Positions 48,789 through 57,647 of a stretch of DNA of 64,000 bases are shown piece by piece. The notes below the pieces were generated by a model. The model was not told where the DNA came from and made no database searches. It saw only the letters and a list, made by a program, of their open reading frames with translations. The position numbers and the translations under genes were made by a program. The stretch comes from Acidobacteriota bacterium (GTDB taxonomy: Bacteria > Acidobacteriota > Vicinamibacteria > Vicinamibacterales > 2-12-FULL-66-21), in contig JBKPSH010000048.1 in the NCBI GenBank assembly GCA_046734955.1, positions 20,139 to 84,138 on the forward strand, read 5' to 3'. Within the stretch, counting starts at the first letter, position 1, and each line of letters starts with the position of its first letter.

Positions 48789-51700
48789 CGCCAACGTAGT
48801 CCTTGCGGCAGACCGTCGAGTACGCGCACCGGGTGCAGAGGAACGGCTCTTCCGGGTCGGGCGGGAACTCGCCACGTTCAATCCCGTCGACGGCGGCGAG
48901 CAACCGCTCCTGTCCCGCCGCCAGCGCCTCGTCGAGCGTAGAGGACGATCCATGCAGCGAGACGAATGCATTCTTTTCTTTGAACGCGACGTAGCCGGCA
49001 CGTCCGAGCTTCCACGATCGCTGATGCCGCCCTTCGAGCGCCTGTTGCGCGCAAATGCCGTAGACGGGAAGCTGCAGCGCCCTCGAGGGCTTCGGCGCTT
49101 TGCTGAGTTTGTAGTCGACGATCCGGATCGTGCCGTCGGCCATCAAGTCGATTCGATCGGCCTTCGCGCGCAGACGGACCGATCGCGCGCCGGAGGGACT
49201 GCTGAACTCGAACGCTCCTTCGAGTTCGTGCTCGAGCAGCCGCTCGATGACGTCGCCCCCTTGCTCGATCTCAAACGCGAAGGCTCGCTCGGCCAGGCCA
49301 GGAGCCGCCGCCGATCCCAGTAGATGCGTGCGTTCGAGCGCGCGATCGGACTCAGGCAACGTCTCGAGCTGTCGCTCAGCGATGGTCTGAAACAGCGCGA
49401 CCGCTTCCGCAAGATTGGCCGTCGTCACCGTTCCCTGCCCCGACGCCTGCCACTCGCGAAAGAAGGTCTCGAACACGGCGTGCACGAACTGTCCGCGCTC
49501 CTGTGGCGTCAGGCCCCACTCGTCTGCGCGTTCCTCTGGAAGCTTCAGCACGTGCGACGCGAAGTACTTGAACGGACACTCGAGGTATCGTTCGAGACTG
49601 CTGACGGAGTACGCGATGGCTTCGCGAGAGCCGGCCGTCCCATGATAGGTGTCGGCTGATCCAGGTGTTCGTGACATTCTCAGTGAGAGCCACTCGCGCG
49701 GCTCTCCGCCTATCGCAGTCGGCACGACCGGCTCTTCGGACAGGGCTTCGTGAATCAACACACGCGTGTCGTCGGACGCGGCAAGATGCTGCACCGGCAA
49801 TCCCGCACGATCGATCTCCTCAAGAAAGACCGACGCTGGAACGATCGCGTCTTCTTCGAGGGTAAAAGTCGAGACAGTAGTGCGAATCCGCGGAAGGCGA
49901 AGGAGATCGTGAAAGCGGGCACGTGCGGCCGACAGCCGATCGCCCTCAGCCGGCCATCCGAGTTGTGCCAGCAGTTGCGACGGATAAAAGATGCTGCGAC
50001 TGCCCTTTTCCGGCCAATCAGATTCGACGAGTCCAACGAGGCGCAGCTCATCCAGTTCGGCGTATGGTGCCGCCGCGGCATCAAACAGACGGACACCGCT
50101 CATTCCGGTGCGAGGCGAGAACGTCTGTCCCTCAATCCACCGGCGAATAGTAGTCACGAGCTCGCTAACCACGAGGGGCCCGTCGTCGTGAACACGATGC
50201 GCGTCGCGGAGTGATTCGAGGATTCCGATCACTGCCGAGCGCGCGCGGAGGTGGCCATCCCGGCCCGGCGTGACCGGATCTGGTATTCGTTCGTGGGCGG
50301 CGATGAAACTAAGCAACGACGACAGTTGCAGCGAGGCCGATCCGGCTTCGCGAACACCGCGGAGCTCGATGGCAGTATCCGCGGCCGCGCGCAAGGCAGC
50401 CGCAAAGCCCGCAGACTTCGATGAACGGCGTCTCGCGACGTTAGCGTCTTCAATCGACGCGTCTGCTGTGAGCGTCGCGAGTCGATCCCATCCACCGGAA
50501 TATTTCAAATCCTTGAGGCGTTCGTCCAAAGCGGCGACGTCGCGGCGCGTGAGCGGACGGCCGTCGACCTGGAACGACCAGTGAGGTGACGCAAGAAGTT
50601 CAACGATCGACGCGCGAGTGGCGTCAGAAATGACAAATGAGAAGATCAGATCGATCGCCGCCGCGAACGGTTCCGCGGCAAGAGGAAGCGCATCGAAGGC
50701 CTGATACGGAATCTCGGCGTCAGTAAAAACTTCACGCGCCAGATATAAGTACGGCAACGGACGCTGGAATACGACGCCGGTACGGTGGAGAGGGCAACAG
50801 GCATCAGCTTTCAGGCGACGGACGACGTCAACCAGTTCTTCTTCCCGATCGCGGCCGACGATCCAGCGCACACCGTCGTCAGTGGCCTTCGCCTCGGGCG
50901 CCGCGAGAACCGGAAGCGGTGCCGGCCGGCCGAAGAGGTCTTCTTCGATTTCCGGGAGTACATCGTGAATACGCTGGTGGTAGCCCGAGGCAAGCATGTT
51001 CTCCGTTGCAACCACCTCGAGGCGCTCGAGCCGCGGAAGACGGGTCAAGAGGTCATAGTCGCAGGGCCACAATCCGCGTGGATCGGCCGCCTGATCGGCG
51101 ACCGTAACTATCACGTGACGGTATACGGGTGCCGTCTCCGCACCGGCGTCATCGACGAGTCGCGCACGAAGCCCGTGCTCATCGATGCCTCCGGTTGCGA
51201 CGATCCGTTTTTCGAACGTGGTGAATGCCGCGGCGAGAAATCGGGTCAGCTTCAGAAGCCGATCGGCTCCGCGATCGCTGTCGGCACTCGGTTCGAGCGT
51301 GCTCGTCGCGAGTCGCTCGAAAGCGGCCACGGATCGATTCCGCCGCCGCAACTGGTCGTAGAACGACAGGATTTCCAGGATCAATCCCGCGCGCAGCGAA
51401 AACGGCGCCGGCGTTCCCTGGCCGGCCACATCCAACGCCGCACGGCGGAAGATGACTTCTCGCTCGAATTCGCTGAGGCGCCGAGGCAAATCCGGCCGCC
51501 TCAAGTGTAATCGTTCGTAGAACTCATCACGCGTCACAAGATCGGGGATCACCACCGCGCCTGCGTCGGACAGACATCGAGTCTCGATCGTTTCGCGGAG
51601 CGCTTCAGCGGCGCTTCGACTCGGGACGACGATGGCGAGCATTTTTGATCTCAGGGCTTCGCCCTCAGACTCCCTGCGCGCGGCGCTCCCGGGGTCCCTC

Positions 51701-51834
51701 AGGCCCCGCTCCGCGTGCGCGGCTCGCTCACGCTGTTCGCTCGCTCCCGTCGGAGCCACACAACGACAGAGGTAGGCCTGCATCCCTTGCAGGTCCGGCA
51801 CCCGCACGAGGCGGGTGATACGTGGGGTGATCAC
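48781..51834 (-). CDS. addB: AddB-like inactive helicase + PD-(D/E)xK nuclease with Fe-S Cys
   Basis: SVSSLERYLECPF, ADRID...IVDYK, C-terminal CTRCAYSTVC; overlaps the addA start. Confidence 0.85.
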   Translation of the reverse strand: MITPRITRLVRVPDLQGMQAYLCRCVAPTGASEQRERAAHAERGLRDPGSAARRESEGEALRSKMLAIVVPSRSAAEALRETIETRCLSDAGAVVIPDLVTRDEFYERLHLRRPDLPRRLSEFEREVIFRRAALDVAGQGTPAPFSLRAGLILEILSFYDQLRRRNRSVAAFERLATSTLEPSADSDRGADRLLKLTRFLAAAFTTFEKRIVATGGIDEHGLRARLVDDAGAETAPVYRHVIVTVADQAADPRGLWPCDYDLLTRLPRLERLEVVATENMLASGYHQRIHDVLPEIEEDLFGRPAPLPVLAAPEAKATDDGVRWIVGRDREEELVDVVRRLKADACCPLHRTGVVFQRPLPYLYLAREVFTDAEIPYQAFDALPLAAEPFAAAIDLIFSFVISDATRASIVELLASPHWSFQVDGRPLTRRDVAALDERLKDLKYSGGWDRLATLTADASIEDANVARRRSSKSAGFAAALRAAADTAIELRGVREAGSASLQLSSLLSFIAAHERIPDPVTPGRDGHLRARSAVIGILESLRDAHRVHDDGPLVVSELVTTIRRWIEGQTFSPRTGMSGVRLFDAAAAPYAELDELRLVGLVESDWPEKGSRSIFYPSQLLAQLGWPAEGDRLSAARARFHDLLRLPRIRTTVSTFTLEEDAIVPASVFLEEIDRAGLPVQHLAASDDTRVLIHEALSEEPVVPTAIGGEPREWLSLRMSRTPGSADTYHGTAGSREAIAYSVSSLERYLECPFKYFASHVLKLPEERADEWGLTPQERGQFVHAVFETFFREWQASGQGTVTTANLAEAVALFQTIAERQLETLPESDRALERTHLLGSAAAPGLAERAFAFEIEQGGDVIERLLEHELEGAFEFSSPSGARSVRLRAKADRIDLMADGTIRIVDYKLSKAPKPSRALQLPVYGICAQQALEGRHQRSWKLGRAGYVAFKEKNAFVSLHGSSSTLDEALAAGQERLLAAVDGIERGEFPPDPEEPFLCTRCAYSTVCRKDYVGDE
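51650..51752. repeat. Palindromic element inside the addB reading frame
   Basis: agggc-ttc-gccct hairpin followed by GC-rich partial palindromes ending gctcgctcacgctgttcgctcgct; translates as low-complexity ASEQRERAAHAERGLRDPGSAARRESEGEALR. Confidence 0.6.
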
Positions 51835-53198
51835 CGGTTTTGAGGTGGCGCGGTCAGCCGATCGAGTTCTTCGCCCGCATTTTGAAACATCATCGACGCG
51901 CCGGCGGCGGCCGACGCTGCTTCCCATGCGAGCGACATGTCTCCTGATGATAACGCGTTCCGCCGGGAGGCGGCGGCGCGCTTCGCCATCTGAAATGTTG
52001 AAATCAGGAGTGTGTGCACGGACTGAAGATCTGGAGGCGGCGTAATCGCTGCCAATTGCTGACGGGCCATGATGAGGCGTTGTTCCATTCGAGGCAACAT
52101 GCGTGGCTCCGGACCGGCGAGCTGCCGGATGCTTTCAAGCAGCCGGGTTGAGGAGCGGAATTCGGAAAGCGCGGGAGCGATCGCGGCACGATAATCGCGA
52201 TAGGAATCCGATCGAACAATCCACGCATCCCGCGCGAGTCGCGCCCGTCGCGCTTCGTCCAGACGAAGGTCCAGCAGCTGCAGCAGCGCGGACGTTTCCT
52301 GCGGCCGTCGCCGGCCAAGCCGATCGTCCGCTTTCAATACTGATTGCAAGAGCGACTGCACGCCAGGGACATCTCCGCGCTGCGCGCGCGCGGTGGCCGA
52401 CGCGATCGTCGCCGAAGAAAGATCGCCGTACGCCTTGTCGATCCGGCGCTCCGCCGCAAGCTCCGTGACAGCGCGCAGCCGAAGCGCCGCAGCCCAGCCA
52501 CCGGCGCGCGCGGGTTCGGTCAGGGCGGCAGTCACCGCGTCCAGGAGTGAAATGCGTTCGGAAGGTTCGGCAACCGACGCAGCGGCGGCAACTGCTTGCT
52601 CCATGCTCTCGCGAAAGCTGGGCGCCGCCAGGAGCTCTTCCGGAGGCGTCGTCGCGACGTTGGCGACCAGGCTGACATCAAAGCTTGATTGGCCTGCGGC
52701 GACACGCAGTTCAGAAATGACTTCATCGAGCATGCCGACGAGCTGCGCGACGTCCTCTCCACGATAGCCAAAGTTCTCATGCGGCCAGCGCGCGAGGTTG
52801 CCGCGAGCTTCAATCGCCATCGCCAGCCGACGTGCCGGATCAGACGTCAGCGCGATCTGATTGAGCGCCTCGGTAACGCGTGCGCTCAACAGCGCAAAGT
52901 CGGCTTCACCACGCGTCTCGCCATACCGCTTCGCGCGCACCGCCTGCGAGTAGCGATCTGTTCGCAGCCAGTCCACCGAGGTTTCTGGAATGCTGATCAG
53001 CTGAAGCGCCGGCGATTGTGACGGATCTCCAAGCGGAATGGACAAGACGACGCGTCCCGCGACACGGGCGAATTCGCCATAACTGATGATGCTTGTGCCG
53101 TCGTGGAGGAACAGCCGGTAGAGGACCGAATCCGCCGCATGCGCCGCAGTCCCGCCCAAGGCCAGGGCAACAAGGAAGATCGCCCACCGGTAGATCAT
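51831..53198 (-). CDS. Secreted alpha-helical hypothetical protein
   Basis: Signal peptide AHA|A; GTGA overlap with addB. Confidence 0.8.
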   Translation of the reverse strand: MIYRWAIFLVALALGGTAAHAADSVLYRLFLHDGTSIISYGEFARVAGRVVLSIPLGDPSQSPALQLISIPETSVDWLRTDRYSQAVRAKRYGETRGEADFALLSARVTEALNQIALTSDPARRLAMAIEARGNLARWPHENFGYRGEDVAQLVGMLDEVISELRVAAGQSSFDVSLVANVATTPPEELLAAPSFRESMEQAVAAAASVAEPSERISLLDAVTAALTEPARAGGWAAALRLRAVTELAAERRIDKAYGDLSSATIASATARAQRGDVPGVQSLLQSVLKADDRLGRRRPQETSALLQLLDLRLDEARRARLARDAWIVRSDSYRDYRAAIAPALSEFRSSTRLLESIRQLAGPEPRMLPRMEQRLIMARQQLAAITPPPDLQSVHTLLISTFQMAKRAAASRRNALSSGDMSLAWEAASAAAGASMMFQNAGEELDRLTAPPQNR

Positions 53199-53470
53199 TG
53201 CAGGTTCACAGGTTATTGTTCGCGACACGGGGCGTCAAGCCGCCCAGGACCGTCGTACCAGACGCGGGTGTGGAAAACGTGTGGAAGAGACGTGGATCTG
53301 TTGTTGAAGTCCCGACACCGCAGTTTTTTTTCGTATGGATCGTCACTCAAATCCGCCAAAGTGCACTCTGTTGATGCGCCTTCGATGGTCCTTTCGCTTG
53401 ATTGTCGCCGACGCCACGCTAGACTACAACGCGCTGTCGGACTGGCAGCGTCACCCATTCAACGCGAAAC

Positions 53471-53686
53471 GTGAACGTGCATCGCTTCGAAGAAGTCATT
53501 AACGGGCGCGAGTTCAAGATTGAAGTCTCGCCCGTTGCACCCGACAAATGGCGTGCCCAGCTCGCACGTCTTCCCGGCGGATCAGCCGCCACGATGCCCT
53601 TTTACGGCAAGACTCCCCACGAAGCGGCTGGGCAGCTGAGCCGCTGGTTGTGCCTGGCTCACCGAAACGCCCGACGTCAGCTATAG
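53471..53686 (+). CDS. 71-aa small protein, HicB-N/dsRBD-like pattern
   Basis: ...KWRAQL...FYGKTPHEAA..L..W; 7 nt before the asparaginase gene. Confidence 0.7.
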   Translation: MNVHRFEEVINGREFKIEVSPVAPDKWRAQLARLPGGSAATMPFYGKTPHEAAGQLSRWLCLAHRNARRQL

Positions 53687-53693
53687 TTCGGCC

Positions 53694-54776
53694 ATGCGCG
53701 GTTGGTTCGCGGTGGCGACGCTGCTTCTGACAGCGCTCGCCGGCTCTCGGTTGGCTGCTGTTGATCTGTTGTCGACGGGGCTGCAGGCCGCGGCACCAGC
53801 GACGCCGACAGCTCTTCCGCGCGTGCGTTTGATCGCGACCGGCGGGACGATCTCCAACCGCACCGGAGGACGGCTGACCGCCGAGGAGCTGGTGACATCC
53901 ATCCCGGGAATCGATAAATATGTGCGCCCCGAGTTCGAGCAGTTCACGAATGTTTCGAGCGGCTCCCTGACGCTGAAGCAATGGATCGCGCTCGCGAACC
54001 GGATCAACACCACTCTGGCTGAAGACACCGAACTCGCCGGCATCGTCGTCACCAGCGGAACCGACACACTCGAAGAGACGGCGTACTTTCTCGATCTCAC
54101 GGTCCACAGCGACAAGCCGGTTGTGGTCGTCGGATCGATGCGTAATCCGAACGCGCTTGGATACGAAGGGGCGGCAAATCTGCTCGAGGGATATCGGGTA
54201 GCCGCTGATCCGCGATCGCGCGGCAAGGGTGTTCTTGTCGTGTTGAACGACGAAATCAATCCGGCGCGCGATGTGACCAAGACGGACGCCCATCGGCTCG
54301 ACACCTTTCAATCGCGGTCATACGGCATCCTCGGCGTCGTGGACGCCGATCGCATCGTCTACTACCGGGATGTGGTCAAACGCCACGCTGGAAAGAGTGA
54401 ATTCGACGTGTCGAAGGTCGAGGATCTGCCGCGGGTGGACATCGTCATGACCTACCAGGGTGCCCCCGGCGACGTCATCAAGGCCCTCGTCGATCACGGC
54501 GCCAGGGGCATCGTCATCGCAGCCGCGGGTGCCGGCGCGACGAGTGGAACGCAGGAAGAAGGCATTCGTTACGCCGTCGACAAAAGCGTGTTCGTCGTGC
54601 TCACCACGCGCACGGGCAGCGGTCGCATCGCGTCACGCAATCTGGCTTCCTCGTCTCCGCGCTTCCAGATTCAGGGAGAAGATCTCGCGCCGGTGAAGGC
54701 TCGAATCCTCCTGATGCTAGCGTTGACGAAGACAAACGACGGCGCAGAAATTCAACGGATGTTCACCGAATATTGA
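53694..54776 (+). CDS. Secreted (type II-like) L-asparaginase/glutaminase
   Basis: Signal peptide; IATGGTI, TSGTDTLEETA and GSMR motifs. Confidence 0.93.
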   Translation: MRGWFAVATLLLTALAGSRLAAVDLLSTGLQAAAPATPTALPRVRLIATGGTISNRTGGRLTAEELVTSIPGIDKYVRPEFEQFTNVSSGSLTLKQWIALANRINTTLAEDTELAGIVVTSGTDTLEETAYFLDLTVHSDKPVVVVGSMRNPNALGYEGAANLLEGYRVAADPRSRGKGVLVVLNDEINPARDVTKTDAHRLDTFQSRSYGILGVVDADRIVYYRDVVKRHAGKSEFDVSKVEDLPRVDIVMTYQGAPGDVIKALVDHGARGIVIAAAGAGATSGTQEEGIRYAVDKSVFVVLTTRTGSGRIASRNLASSSPRFQIQGEDLAPVKARILLMLALTKTNDGAEIQRMFTEY

Positions 54777-54789
54777 ATCGCTGATCACT

Positions 54790-55731
54790 CTAGGGATTCT
54801 GCGGCTTCGTCAGCAGCCCTCGAGCGCGCAACCAGTTCATGAGCAAGTTTGGCCATGCGCTCAGCGAGGGGTCAGACAGGGCCATGCCGACCCCGTGCGG
54901 CCCGTTTTCGAACAAGTGCATCTCGACCGGAACCTTCGCCTTCCGCAACGCCAGATAAAAACGCACGCTGTTCTCGACGGGGACGCCGGCGTCGTTCGTC
55001 GTGTGGAAGATGAACGTCGGCGGCGTTTGCGCAGTCACTTGCAGATCGTTCGACAGATTCTCCACGAGCTTCGGATCCGGATTCTCGCCGAGCAGATTGC
55101 GCAGCGAGCCGGCGTGCCTCACGGCGGGATCGAACGAGATCACCGGATATCCAAGAATCAGGAAGTCAGGACGGCTGCTGACCCGTTCGATCGGATCAGT
55201 GGAATCGGATTTCCCCGAATCGAAATGTGTCCCCGCCGTCGATGTCAGATGACCACCGGCAGAAAACCCCATCATTCCGATTCGATCGGGAATGATGTTG
55301 AACTCGGCGGCACGCGCTCGCACCGTGCGGATTGCGCGCTGCGCATCACCAAGCTCAATCGGATGGTGATAGCGCGGTCCAAGGCGATACTTCAATACGA
55401 AAGCCGTGATCCCCATCGCGTTGTACCAGTACGCCCATTGCCGGCCCTCATGCTCGATCGCTAGTGTGCCGTAGCCACCGCCGGGAGCGACGATAACCGC
55501 CGTGCCGGAACTCTCGCGCGGCGCGCGATACGCAGTGATGGAGGGTTTGTCCGTGTCAGCCTGACCGAGGGCGCCGGGCGCGCCGTTTTCCCAGAGCAGG
55601 ATCTCCTGCGGTGACGCGGGCGGTGGTGCGGGACGGGTCGTTTGTGTAAGTCCCGCGTTCTGCGGTGCGCCTGCAACGACAGCAACAGTGAATGCTGCGA
55701 GAACGAGCGGCACCGTGATCATTGATTTCAT
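54790..55731 (-). CDS. Secreted alpha/beta hydrolase (BD-FAE / acetyl-xylan-esterase-like)
   Basis: PGGGY, YRLGP, GFSAGGHL, D..VPVENS and G.HG motifs. Confidence 0.88.
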   Translation of the reverse strand: MKSMITVPLVLAAFTVAVVAGAPQNAGLTQTTRPAPPPASPQEILLWENGAPGALGQADTDKPSITAYRAPRESSGTAVIVAPGGGYGTLAIEHEGRQWAYWYNAMGITAFVLKYRLGPRYHHPIELGDAQRAIRTVRARAAEFNIIPDRIGMMGFSAGGHLTSTAGTHFDSGKSDSTDPIERVSSRPDFLILGYPVISFDPAVRHAGSLRNLLGENPDPKLVENLSNDLQVTAQTPPTFIFHTTNDAGVPVENSVRFYLALRKAKVPVEMHLFENGPHGVGMALSDPSLSAWPNLLMNWLRARGLLTKPQNP

Positions 55732-55739
55732 ATCTCGCG

Positions 55740-57506
55740 CTATCTCCGGGCAGGCGGTGGTTGGACGAGCGGCGGTTCGGGAGGCGCCGGCTCTTGCGGC
55801 ACCTTGCCGCCAAGTTTGAACGCCCACAAACTGTCGCCCCGTTTCGACAACTGGAAGGAACTACCGCCGGCGAGCAGCGCGAGGTACTGCTCGCCATTCA
55901 CTTCGTAGGTCGCGACCGGCGCGTCAGCGCCGGTGCCGGTTTGAAATTTCCACAGCGGCTCACCATTCGCAATGTCGTAGGCAACCACGTTGCCGTCGGA
56001 CTCTCCGTGGAATAGAAGCCCTGCGGCCGTGCTCAACAGGCCGCTTCCAGTTCCGAGCGGAAACTTCATTCGCTTCTGCCAGACGATTTTGTTCGTCGCC
56101 GGATCCATCGCGGTGAGCGTGCCCGCCCGCGGCACGCCGGCGGGACGGAAAAACCCGACGCCTTCATCAAGTGGTTTGAATCGCTGCGCCTGCTCGTCCC
56201 ATGCCTGACGTCGCAGCGTGAAGGCGGAATTGATAATGGTGCCGGGAATGTAGATCAAGTGTGTTTGCGGGCTGAACGTCATCGGTGCCCACGAGATTCC
56301 ACCGAGCGTTCCCGGCGCCATCACGACCGGGTCAACCCAGTACGCGCCAAATATGCACGTGCTCTTCATGCCCTCGGGAACGCTGCCGGGCTCCGGACAG
56401 GTCGGCGTGAACGAATCACCGACTGGGAACGGCTGTGTCGCCGCTGTCTTCATGCGCGGTTCTTGCGGCACCGCACGCTCCTCAATCCCGATGAGCGGTT
56501 TTCCATTCGTGCGATCCAGGACATACATGAAGCCCGTCTTGCCGGTGTGCATGAGGATCTTGCGCGTCGATCCCTGATAGCGGACATCGGTCAGGATCGG
56601 CGCCGCCGCACTGTCGTAGTCCCAGATGTCGTGATGCACTTCCTGGAAGTGCCACTTGTACGCACCGGTCTTCAAGTCGAGCGCAACCACCGAAACGGTA
56701 AAGAGATTGTCGCCGCCGCGCTCGGTACCGTCGTTGTCCGGGCTCGCGTTGCCAACTGGCACGTAAACCATTGCCAGGTCAGGATCGATCGCCGGGGCCG
56801 TCCACACAGGACCGCCACCGTATTTCCACGAATCCCCTTCCCAGGTCTCGTGTCCGCGCTCGCCCGGTCCGGGCAGGGTCCAGAACTTCCACACTTCCTT
56901 ACCGGTCTTCGCGTCGTACGCACCGAACTGGCCGCGCACACCTCCTTCACCGCCACCGACGCCGATAAAGACGAGACCGTTGTAGTAAACGGCCGGCGCA
57001 CTCGTCGTGCCGCGCGCCGGATCGGCCAGCGCCGTCTTCCACACGAGTCCGCCCGTTTTCTGATCGAGCGCGATCAACGTGTTGTCGCGCCGGCCCGAAA
57101 AGACCTTGCCGTCTCCAACGGCGACACCGCGGTACGTGCCGCCAAGCATCGTCTCGTGTTTCCATTTGATCGCGCCGGTGGCAGCATCGATCGCAAAGAT
57201 ATTTCCCGACCCCGAAGCAATGAACATCACACCGTCGACGACCACTGGCGTCGCTTGCAGCGTCCCGGGTGTCTTGCCGTCCTCGAGGTGGATGGACCAC
57301 GCCCCTCCGAGCTGCGACAGACTCGATTTGTTGATCTTCGTGAGTGACGAGTAGCGATGATTGGCGAGATTCCCGCCCACGGTGGCGAAGTCCCGGCCTG
57401 ACGGCGCCTGTGGATCAGTCGCCGCAGCCCCGAGCGTCGCACAAACAAGAATTATTGGAACAACGGGCCGAACAGCGCGTCGCGCCCTGGAGGGTTCGTA
57501 GTCCAT
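55740..57506 (-). CDS. PQQ-dependent dehydrogenase (quinoprotein beta-propeller)
   Basis: RYSSL..IN, repeated A.DA.TG...W motifs, GG.VW, HHDIWDYD. Confidence 0.92.
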   Translation of the reverse strand: MDYEPSRARRAVRPVVPIILVCATLGAAATDPQAPSGRDFATVGGNLANHRYSSLTKINKSSLSQLGGAWSIHLEDGKTPGTLQATPVVVDGVMFIASGSGNIFAIDAATGAIKWKHETMLGGTYRGVAVGDGKVFSGRRDNTLIALDQKTGGLVWKTALADPARGTTSAPAVYYNGLVFIGVGGGEGGVRGQFGAYDAKTGKEVWKFWTLPGPGERGHETWEGDSWKYGGGPVWTAPAIDPDLAMVYVPVGNASPDNDGTERGGDNLFTVSVVALDLKTGAYKWHFQEVHHDIWDYDSAAAPILTDVRYQGSTRKILMHTGKTGFMYVLDRTNGKPLIGIEERAVPQEPRMKTAATQPFPVGDSFTPTCPEPGSVPEGMKSTCIFGAYWVDPVVMAPGTLGGISWAPMTFSPQTHLIYIPGTIINSAFTLRRQAWDEQAQRFKPLDEGVGFFRPAGVPRAGTLTAMDPATNKIVWQKRMKFPLGTGSGLLSTAAGLLFHGESDGNVVAYDIANGEPLWKFQTGTGADAPVATYEVNGEQYLALLAGGSSFQLSKRGDSLWAFKLGGKVPQEPAPPEPPLVQPPPARR

Positions 57507-57647
57507 GACGCGCGGATGCTACCACGCGCGGGGTTATGCCGATCGTCTATCGCCAACCGCCTGCGGATGTGGTATGAATGCGCATCCAAAAGTGGTCTGA
57601 CCACTATCGTTGTGGACAGACGTCCGTTTGTTGGTGGAGGTCGACAC

